Below, piece after piece: positions 8,101 to 16,366 of a stretch of 16,366 bases of DNA. The position numbers and the translations under genes are program-made. The notes beneath the pieces are model-generated. The model was not told the origin of the DNA. It made no database searches and was given only the letters and a program-made list of their open reading frames with translations. Every line of letters starts with the position of its first letter. Within the stretch, counting starts at the first letter, position 1. Origin of the DNA: Kofleriaceae bacterium (lineage in GTDB: Bacteria > Myxococcota_A > Polyangia > Haliangiales > Haliangiaceae). Location: NCBI GenBank assembly GCA_046597055.1, contig JBKJLC010000076.1, positions 1 through 16,366 of the forward strand, written 5' to 3'.

Positions 8101-9373
8101 CGGTGAGATCACGAACCAGGTGGCGGGCCGCAACGTGCTCGCGTGAGCCCTGAACGCGGAAGACTGAACTGCCGCCCGTCGGAAATGGCATAGTGTCGAA
8201 TTGCTCGGTCGAGACCGCAGACGTCGCGAGCTCGTTCTCGAAGTTCGCACCCGGCCAGCTTCCGCGCGCAACCGGCACCGCCGGACCGAGCCTGACAACA
8301 GCCCGACCGTCCGCGTCGGGATGGGAGAGCGATCCGTAGGTGTAAGTAGCCACCGGCAGCGTGGGCCCGGCGATACCTTCCTCACCGGAGACCGTGACCG
8401 TCTTGAGCCGTGGCTTGTTGGTGTCCGGGTCGAGCTGGTAGGTGAGCAAATACGACCGCAGCGACTTGGGGCTGGCAGTCAAATCGAGGTTATTCCGTGC
8501 CGTCACGTTCACGCGGCGGAGGACGCGCGCACGATTGAACGAAAGCTTGTCATTGTCGACTCTGTCGAAGAGTGCAACCGAGGTGCCAGGCTGAGGCTCG
8601 CAGTACGACGCCCCGCCCAGGGGCATTGGTACAGCGTACGGCTCGTACTCCAGCTGCACGTTGTAGAGAGGCTTCACACCGCTTGCATCGAACGTGTATT
8701 CGACACTTGCGAGGTTCAGCTCACGTCTACAGGTGCCGAGGACACTCGCGTCATAGTGCAAGACCGCTTGGTCGGTTCCGACCGCATCACGCACCCGCTT
8801 GAGCAGCCACAGGTCGGGATCGTCCCAGCCGAGACCTGGCCCCTCGATGGAGCTCGCGGGGGCGAACTCGTACTCGATATTTTCCAGCGTGCGTAGCGTC
8901 CATCCGCTTTGTGTGCGCCGCAGTTCCCCGTAAGAGCTGCCGGCCTGCGGTACGAAGACGCCATTCGCGTTTGGCACCATCAGCTGCGGCGCTCCGCCTG
9001 TCGACACGATCACTCGGCCAGGCGCGTTGTCCGTGCCCGGCGTCCCTCCGCCCGGGAAGCGGCGCCATGACGTTGCTGAATACCGGACGTACGAGATGGG
9101 GACATCCCAACCGGCCCCAGCGGCGCCCGCACGCGTCGATCCGGTATATACGATGGAGACCGGAATCGGGATATGGCCGCGAGGTGCTGGGAGCTCCAGG
9201 GGGATGCTGGCGGGCAAACCGCCGGTGGGCGATGGGCCCGAGGCCAAACCCGCGCCGGGTCCTTCGGTGGCGTGGTGAGGCCCGTCTGGCCCTGCTTGCG
9301 CCCACGCGGGCGTGTCTGATGCCAAGAACAGAAGCAGGCCCATCCAGCCCGCGAACGCGCGTGTGTCTCCCAT
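2141..9373 (-). CDS. RHS/YD-repeat polymorphic toxin with signal peptide, SpvB-like N-terminus, FG-GAP/VCBS repeats, RHS core and C-terminal toxin domain (2410 aa)
   Basis: N-terminal h-region and AWA-QA; TGG...SIPLELPAPRG..PVSIVY.....GAAGAGW; five DxxGDGxxD-type repeats; many YD/xDxLGR repeats; RAYDPQLGRFLQRDP...NPYTF...DPINYSDPSGM (DPxG at 3046-3032); about 296-aa C-terminal extension. Confidence 0.93.
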   Translation of the reverse strand: MGDTRAFAGWMGLLLFLASDTPAWAQAGPDGPHHATEGPGAGLASGPSPTGGLPASIPLELPAPRGHIPIPVSIVYTGSTRAGAAGAGWDVPISYVRYSATSWRRFPGGGTPGTDNAPGRVIVSTGGAPQLMVPNANGVFVPQAGSSYGELRRTQSGWTLRTLENIEYEFAPASSIEGPGLGWDDPDLWLLKRVRDAVGTDQAVLHYDASVLGTCRRELNLASVEYTFDASGVKPLYNVQLEYEPYAVPMPLGGASYCEPQPGTSVALFDRVDNDKLSFNRARVLRRVNVTARNNLDLTASPKSLRSYLLTYQLDPDTNKPRLKTVTVSGEEGIAGPTLPVATYTYGSLSHPDADGRAVVRLGPAVPVARGSWPGANFENELATSAVSTEQFDTMPFPTGGSSVFRVQGSREHVAARHLVRDLTGDGLPDLLLKVGGTWVMYKNRLTPSGPDIASQVTTWTEPAELHVTSTFRYTGTSLPHRWARQAMVTTETWTQFLDWNGDGLLDVVDAREGRAQNKWTVWLNQHAGGPVNWRAIEVDISAIHAYLETSGLEPILDHSDRLPGTTWPRRVPLERTRSWPRSESTSCQLWQCEWGAGNFNCSKVPCPQTGLVRSYDTMTEWQLADKNEDGFPDFVTLTAPVRQCEQDFDTGHHQCPSDPTTGPSGWYRCDTKHREFIASIAGTSPPYNHECSNTGTGTAGLAYFLNRHGAYTGAPGAPFAGPPVEQTSEYGGGLSRGLGMWTTATNASPEEFSADPAGLSWQPYALGDPFSSGTLGVIRQGDTHRPGGPTFWTNKDVHCATAPSTPYTTWQLGGEADLNADGLADQVYSHRRSEPGVPSEWFVRFNSGAGYGPPRQIMTSADMPFALSEASGSCDDGPARTIAGLTDMDGDGVPELMRVKGDTLYMARVLSASDGGTLSVGRITQVDNGYGASAYVKYANAKTESVGTWAAPFPEVVVAETGTRTADGSAGLAPTYFAYGRAKLTFDALSGRWTFPGYGRQVTLTGTPGKRGKVDGVVTVAYRAPSAAPHASYAAQVTANQIARTIRIEGSFLPANLSDYLHGASPPLPEHAETKVTPAALQLVDHLATSSPPLDCAGLDRASGRPVGSAMCGSAGIVYSQRTESWEGDAPPPSSRNIRAGAGVDEVDFYGRPTRMRNDGDLSRDDDDVCTLVAYAVPRDGGAFPSVPSSIVVTNCRKKEADGGANVLSAVRFRYDGLPEGEVIVGRLSHRISDRYDATGYLGSHVVDEVEYDQFGEISNVRVPRLLGTPATRETTIVRDLFGATVTAVTEKASDVGVAFERRSRSSSWPSLGVTEIDHAGIASVARFDSLGRLRLAYTDGPSGKIVTQRIQYEDDAAGRRMISDVFPGGTQVAEVDSATDRQRSYTVLDALGRARFTQHELGADYNHETMITGLGEIDELGRVVFMADPFSSPELPFVPDSTASLYGTTTVFDRRGRPVRVVEAQGRNDTADSTSIAAKTYVHRYSYSYADGQAVAHHLGPDESGGTVSSANYYDVTRRTALGRETSRERTDPNGTRVDLVEQRWDRLGRITETRRYAEPDSASGAISWRSHYDSLGRRLSFEEPGVSPQLSVYDELGNVLESSWLDGTSMRRTRSRYDGFGRLIMRELVTTREAAGDVVESTEDFHYDHHSGHPSQPPGDMRGHLSWTETWGIGRVFQSYDPYGRPSSVTYLYDRHGKPVRESASYSAAGRQTTLLLETGATTDKISYHHDTAGRMSKVVRAGVGVLFEAEHIRPDGRHTSDLLGNGVRERFSYSPGGRQELESWEVDGIGNAELRHEYLERDGAGRITRERHVVNSHWTSYGYTFDSLGRLEGSAQMGGGAWGVESYQHDPLGNRLAKFTTGGTNDVEYQPDALDPDRLCRLGSAGPCQFGYDGAGNVISDSSQGAGMERMLSYDAGNRLQKVTRGHKSSASFVYGPAGRAETFVAGSEGKRHIWHFGSLMEERTRPDGVTQLDRHIPGPRGVFVSLRTELDEFGRPASETTVYAHADDRANRMFTGPEGTYVQMVSYGSFGEVLGDFWTTPFQHSDKLWNGGDDLPEVGLVILGPRAYDPQLGRFLQRDPIAVTTRASTANPYTFSFSDPINYSDPSGMLPSLNIWRSLSGGSGGTLGAALAASVISFDLFGDLGDSPSPATAVGAAAMAVPSHYRDFMSQEISDCDWGCAAWGFAKGNVNRGLGVARAVGGTAMAHSGAAMMFVPGLQGVGATVFVLGVDQAAAGVRQAISNRSEQSGLNMTLAAVGGQTFADHGEAAVLGAVGGWQVAAVRGSALVPIPAGPRGFIAPKIVVDRHGQLTNGQYTIGRKAQDVHTSGATTGGKSQFLMRIDADKTTLDAAAYADHWGLWFRNRAKVELDHVIGVHGSSGQLTKVINVYRTETGMVHGAPGTPQP

Positions 9374-9564
9374 GCCCGCCCCTATCGACGCCGCGGCCGG
9401 AAGTTGCTCGATTTCTGCCGGGTCGGGTAAGCCCGCGGATACTTGGGCGAAATGAGGGCCGAGCCGCGATCAACCGTTGACTCGCTCATGGGCCTCCAGT
9501 TTTGTTGCGGCGAAGGAGTCTCGTTTTTTTCGCAGGCGCGACTCGGGGTTCCCCACCGCGGCGG

Positions 9565-9942
9565 TCACTCTGACGGATGCGTGGGCCATGCCCCACTCGA
9601 GCACGCAGCGACACATGTCCTGAACGCGGTCATTTCGCACTCGATGCGAACGTGTGCGCCGGCATCCTCGAGGAAGAAGCTGTCACCGGCGTGAGTCAGC
9701 GTGAGATGGGCAGACGCCCACGCGACCGAGGCCTCGATGCGCACGGAGCCGAGGCACGAGATCACGAGATTGCCGTCCTGGCCGGGCCGCGTGAGCACCA
9801 CGGTCAGTGACTTGATGCTGACGGTGAGCTGGTGGAGCAGCGCATGAGCGCCATCCCAGTGCGCCATGAATGTCCCGAACCGGGCAAGCAGCCGCTCGTG
9901 GTGCGCCACATGGCTCCGCGGATCGATGGGCGTCGCGCTCAT
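9565..9942 (-). CDS. Hypothetical 125-aa protein, candidate orphan immunity protein
   Basis: ATG 9942 overlaps the upstream TGA (ATGA). Beta-rich, protein-like sequence (SLTVVLTRPGQDGNLVISCL). Function inferred from context only. Confidence 0.6.
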   Translation of the reverse strand: MSATPIDPRSHVAHHERLLARFGTFMAHWDGAHALLHQLTVSIKSLTVVLTRPGQDGNLVISCLGSVRIEASVAWASAHLTLTHAGDSFFLEDAGAHVRIECEMTAFRTCVAACSSGAWPTHPSE

Positions 9943-10715
9943 ACGGTCGCGAACCACAGCTCGTGGATGGACAGGTGCGTGCAGACCAAGCCGTCCCCCA
10001 CCGGGCGTCCGGCGAGCTGCTCGATGAGGTGCGGGTTGAGCGCGTAGTCGGCTGCGTGGAACGTCGCGACCGGGATCCAGACCACCGCCTCCGGCAGGGA
10101 ATCCACATCGACGCGCCCGGCGAGCACGAATCCGAGCGGGAGCCTGGCGAAGAGCAGCGCGACCTCTTCATCGGCGCCGAGCACCCGCGCGCACTCCTCG
10201 TCGCCCGCCTCCCAGTCGCTGGTGGTCCCGGGGATCAGCGCGGCCACCCGGGCGAGCGTGCTTGCGACCGCTGCGTGAGTCCAGCCGTCCGCGCGCGCGA
10301 CGGCGGCCCGCACGGCGGGGCCGAGGTCGAACATGGCGATGGGCTGGCCGCGCGGGCGAGTCGCATGCTGCTGCAGCGCCGCCGGCTGCCAGGCGCGGGG
10401 CGGGAGGTGCCCGTCGAGCGACCACGCCCGGAGCAGCCGCTGCCAGGTCGTGCGCGCGGCCGCCCGGTCGCCCTCCGCGCGGGTGGCCGCCACCAGGCGC
10501 GAGACGATCTCGTCGACGTACGTGTGCGCGGCCGCGAGGATCGACGCCAGCTCGAGCTCGTCGGCGTGGTCGGAGCCGTGCACGACGAGCTGCTCGGCCC
10601 ACGTCACGGCGGCTTCCACGCTGAGCCAGCCGTGGGCGAGTCCCACCTGCACCTCGAGCCAGGTGAGCATGCGTCGTGGCGCGATGAAGTCGAGCGGGAT
10701 GCAGGGACCGGACAT
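9939..10715 (-). CDS. Two-domain immunity-like fusion (258 aa): DUF2247-like N-terminal half plus paralog of the 1749-2144 immunity protein
   Basis: Likely start ATG 10715 (MSGPCIPLDFI...LTWLEVQVGL..GWL...ELELA...TWQRLLRAW). From the internal Met at 10334, 131 aa align with the cognate immunity protein at about 55/131 identities by manual count. The ORF-track extension to 11297 is antisense to the PanE-like gene. Confidence 0.75.
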   Translation of the reverse strand: MSGPCIPLDFIAPRRMLTWLEVQVGLAHGWLSVEAAVTWAEQLVVHGSDHADELELASILAAAHTYVDEIVSRLVAATRAEGDRAAARTTWQRLLRAWSLDGHLPPRAWQPAALQQHATRPRGQPIAMFDLGPAVRAAVARADGWTHAAVASTLARVAALIPGTTSDWEAGDEECARVLGADEEVALLFARLPLGFVLAGRVDVDSLPEAVVWIPVATFHAADYALNPHLIEQLAGRPVGDGLVCTHLSIHELWFATV

Positions 10716-10879
10716 GCGAGGCTTGCGACTATTCCTGGATCCGCGGCGCACGCTCGCGTGCGCGCAGGTAGCTGGCATGCCCCGGCTATCGCCGGGGTCC
10801 GCCCCGGTTGCGCACGCTCGGCGAGAATCTGACAAGTCTTCAGAATCGAACGGGAGCGCGGTCGGTGTACAACCGCGGG

Positions 10880-11947
<1,068 letters not shown>

Positions 11948-12015
11948 CCGGCAGTTGCCCCCGACCGAGCCGGGGCCTGACGCGCCGCAACCGCGACCGG
12001 ATTGCCCGGGCGCCG

Positions 12016-12062
12016 GGTAAGACTGTCGCAGTCGCAACCACCCCGACGGCAAGGTCTCGACA
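12016..12062 (+). promoter_or_regulatory. Possible tandem enhancer-binding sites
   Basis: GGTAAGACTGTCGCA (12016-12030) and GGCAAGGTCTCGACA (12048-12062), 32 bp apart and about 100-145 bp upstream of the predicted sigma54 start. Confidence 0.35.
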
Positions 12063-12135
12063 CTGGACTGCCGGGCGCTGCCAGCTCGGTCGGGTCCGAT
12101 GCCGGCGGCTGCCGGGGCCTGCCAGCGGGTCGACG

Positions 12136-12151
12136 TGGCGCACGAGCTGCA
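12136..12151 (+). promoter_or_regulatory. Sigma54 -24/-12 promoter
   Basis: TGGCGC-ACGAG-CTGCA with exact GG-N10-GC spacing, directly upstream of the 12164 gene and next to a bEBP gene. Confidence 0.7.
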
Positions 12152-12163
12152 TCGGTGATGCCG

Positions 12164-13009
12164 ATGCTTCGCGCTGTGACGGTGCTCCTCGTTGCCACGA
12201 CCTCGGTTGCCGCCGCGGACCGGGGTGAGATCCAGGAGGCCAGCCCATCGACCCTCGAGCCCGGCGAGGTCCGGATCGGCGTCTCCGACGTGTCGATCGG
12301 CCTGTTCGGCCACGACCTGCTGCGCCGATTCGAGATCGGCACCCGGCCGATCGCGTGGCTGCCCAATGCAGCCGACGCGCCCAGCTACGACGTACGCGCC
12401 AAGTTCGAGCTGTGGCGCGACGAGCACCTGTCGCTGGCGGTGGCCGCTGAGCACATGCTGGTCGACCTGACGCCGCTGCTGGCGGACCGGGTCGACGGCG
12501 CGCGGGCGAGCTTCTTCGTGACCCCGCTCGAAGGCTGGGTCGGGCTGCGGCTGGGGCCGGTGCGGCTCAACGGCGGCGCGGTCTACACGCGGGTCGGCCT
12601 GCGCGGCGCGACCGACGAGCTGGTGCTCGACGAGCTCGGGGGCGCGGTCGGCACCAGCACCGTCCAGGTGCGCGGCAACCTCGAGATCGCGGCGACCCGC
12701 ACGATCCACCTCGTGCTCGGGGGCCGCTTCGTGCCGTGGCAGCGGCAGTACGTCGAGGCCGGTGGCTCGGAGGAGGTCGACGCCGGCGTCGGGGACGACA
12801 CCGTGGTCTCGGGCGGCGTCCGCGGCGAGAGCGACCTGATGTCGGTGAGCGGCCGCGCCTGGTCGGTGAGCGCCGAGGTTCACTTCACGTGGTCGTGGAC
12901 CAACCTCCGGATCGGCGCCGAGTACGGCAACTACTCGATCCCGATCGTGAACTTCGTCACCGCCCAGCGCGGCTGGCTGCCGGTCTTCGATCTGTACTGG
13001 CGGATCTGA
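12164..13009 (+). CDS. Exported protein, probable outer-membrane beta-barrel
   Basis: Signal peptide MLRAVTVLLVATTSVAAA-D; alternating amphipathic strands (YDVRAKFELW, WSVSAEVHFTW, NLRIGAEY); C-terminal FDLYWRI resembling a beta-signal. Alternative start ATG 12158. Confidence 0.75.
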   Translation: MLRAVTVLLVATTSVAAADRGEIQEASPSTLEPGEVRIGVSDVSIGLFGHDLLRRFEIGTRPIAWLPNAADAPSYDVRAKFELWRDEHLSLAVAAEHMLVDLTPLLADRVDGARASFFVTPLEGWVGLRLGPVRLNGGAVYTRVGLRGATDELVLDELGGAVGTSTVQVRGNLEIAATRTIHLVLGGRFVPWQRQYVEAGGSEEVDAGVGDDTVVSGGVRGESDLMSVSGRAWSVSAEVHFTWSWTNLRIGAEYGNYSIPIVNFVTAQRGWLPVFDLYWRI

Positions 13010-13035
13010 CCGCGCCCCAGGGCCGCCGCGGCGGG

Positions 13036-13054
13036 CGGTAACGAATCGTTACCG
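13036..13054. promoter_or_regulatory. Perfect palindrome, candidate regulator-binding site (UAS)
   Basis: CGGTAACGA-A-TCGTTACCG: 9-bp arms, 1-nt spacer, no U-tract, centred about 108 bp upstream of the predicted sigma54 start. Confidence 0.6.
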
Positions 13055-13126
13055 GTCTGGCCCGAACTGACCGATGCTCCGGGTGGGTGACACCCCTCCG
13101 CTCCACGATCTCGCGCGCTTGGGCGC

Positions 13127-13142
13127 CGGCACGGGCCTTGAT
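13127..13142 (+). promoter_or_regulatory. Sigma54-like promoter (GA variant at -12)
   Basis: CGGCAC-GGGCC-TTGAT versus consensus TGGCAC-N5-TTGC; spacing is correct. Confidence 0.6.
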
Positions 13143-13154
13143 AAGGGATTCCGC

Positions 13155-14527
<1,373 letters not shown>

Positions 14528-14531
<4 letters not shown>

Positions 14532-16366
14532 GCGGCGCGCTCCACATCGTGATCGGATGCCTGGGCGTCGCGTTCGCGCTCCTGGTCCTGCGTGCCGACC
14601 CGCACCGCCACGACAACCGGGCGTTCGCGCTGCTCGGGCTGCTCGACGCGGCGATGTCGCTCTATCGCGGCATGGCCGGCGTCTACGGCGCCGCCATCGG
14701 TGACCCCTACGTCATGCTGCCGTGCGCGCTGATATCGCCGCTGCTGGCGTGGGCGACGATCGAGTTCGCGTGGTCGTTCCCGTTCAGCCAGCCGCTGCCG
14801 TGGCGGTGGCGGGTGCCGACCGCGATCGCGTGCCTGGGCGCGATCGTCACGATCGCCACCGCGCGCTCGCAGGCGGTGATGACCGGGCTCAACGTCGTCT
14901 TCTTCCTCCCGATCACCGTCGTGTTCCTGACGATGCAAGCGCGCAACCTGCGTCGGGTCGTGGGCGATCGCCGGGGCGTGCGGCTGGTGGTGGCCGCGCT
15001 GGCGGTGCGCTGGCTCAGCGCGAACCTGCTCTACACGACCCACGGCTACCTCGCGCCCGACCTGTGGGACTCGCTGCTATGGGTCGAGTCGACCGTGGTC
15101 GTGCTGGTCTCGCTGGTGATGATCGGGCTCGCCAACATCCGCTCCAACCTGTTCACGATGCGGAGCGCGATGGGCGAGCTGGTGCTCGAGAGCACCTTCA
15201 TGCTGACGGGCCTGGTGCTGACCGCCGCCGCGATCGCCGCCGCCCTGCGCCTGGCCGAGCGCTGGCCGCAGGTCGAGCGACCGATCCTGATGGTCGCGAC
15301 CCTGGTCCCGCTGGCGATCTACGTGGCGGTGGACAAGCTGCGGCCGCGGCTCGAGGCCGGGATCGATCCGCGCCGGGCCCGCCGGCGCGAGGTCCTCGAC
15401 GCCGCCGCCGGCAGCGAGTCGATCGACCCGGACGAGGTCGCCGCCGCCGCGGTCGCGGCGCTGGCCCAGATCACCGAGGGGGGCCGGCCGCGGTTCGTCG
15501 CGGCCGCCGCGTTGGCCGGGGTCGCGCTGGAGCCGCCCACGCGCGACCGCATGGCCGTGGAGGTTCGCCTCGGCGACCACCTGCACGGCGAGCTGATCGT
15601 CGACGGCGGCGTGCTCGACCGCGAGAGCGTGCACGCCGCCCGTCAGCTGGCCGACCGGCTCGCGGTCGCGTGCGAGCACCGGCGGCTCTTGGGCGCGCTG
15701 GCCGAGTCGCGGCGGCTGGCCGAGCTCGGCGCGTTCGCTGCGGCGATCGCGCACGACATCCGCACCCCGCTCACCAGCGTGCAGATGAACGTCCAGATGC
15801 TGCGCGGCAAGCTCGACCTGCCGCCCGACGACATGGAGCACTTCGAGATCGCGCTCGAGGAGCTGCGCCGCCTCGACGATCACGTCAAGGAGCTGCTCGA
15901 CTACGCCAAGCCAGTGCAGCTGCACCGCGAGACGCTCGAGCTGCGCGACCTGGTCGACGATGCCGCCCGCACGATCGCGCCGGCGCTGGGCGAGCGCCAC
16001 CAGGCGCTCGGTCGCGACCACGCCGGCGACGTGCCGCCGGTGTCGGTCGATCCACACCGGCTGCGCCAGGTGCTGTGGAACCTGCTCGACAACGCGGCCA
16101 AGGCGTCGCCCGATGGTGCCCGCATCGAGGTGCGGACCCGCCGCGACGGGGTCGGGGCCGCGATCGACGTGGTCGATCATGGCGCGGGGATCGCCGCGCC
16201 GGATCTGGTGCGGATCTTCGAGCCGTTCTTCACGACCCGCCCCGATGGGACCGGGCTCGGGCTCGCGATCTGCCAGAAGGTCGTGCGCGGCCACGGCGGC
16301 GAGATCGTGGTGCGGTCGACGCTGGCGCAGGGCTCGACGTTCACGATCGTCCTGCCGGCGGCCTGA
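14528..16366 (+). CDS. Sensor histidine kinase with multi-TM N-terminal domain (612 aa)
   Basis: GTG overlaps the regulator TGA (GTGA). About 8-9 hydrophobic segments, then H-box [10 protein letters not shown]-box [28 protein letters not shown]. Confidence 0.95.

Noticed and set aside
4277..8146. Long plus-strand ORFs (489 aa and 712 aa) opposite the toxin
   Set aside because: Antisense shadows typical of high-GC coding DNA; no motifs.
1..9373. Toxin as transposon cargo, or a CRISPR-associated transposon
   Set aside because: The visible element end at 1436 places the toxin outside it; no cas, tniQ or repeat-spacer array is seen.
13010..13060. Intrinsic terminator after the barrel gene
   Set aside because: The palindrome has a 1-nt centre and no U-tract; it fits a protein-binding site better.

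Overview
High-GC bacterial window, Myxococcota-like by gene content (inference), with three zones. (1) 1-1756: a decayed transposon on the minus strand (zinc-ribbon gene, DDE transposase missing its N-terminal half, start of a probable ATPase gene). Its TGT end at 1436 abuts a multiply frameshifted Ig-like surface-protein repeat. (2) 1749-10715, minus strand: a polymorphic toxin locus. It encodes a 2410-aa signal-peptide-bearing SpvB/FG-GAP/RHS (TcB-TcC-like single chain) protein with a probable RNase tip and a coupled 131-aa putative immunity gene. Upstream of the toxin is a second two-gene immunity-like operon; its first protein fuses a DUF2247-like half to a roughly 42% identical copy of the cognate immunity protein. 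(3) 10880-16366, plus strand: a PanE-family reductase with substituted catalytic residues, a probable outer-membrane beta-barrel, a sigma54-dependent response regulator and a multi-TM histidine kinase, with two sigma54-type promoters that each place the start codon about at +3. All family assignments come from motif recognition by eye; no database search was run.
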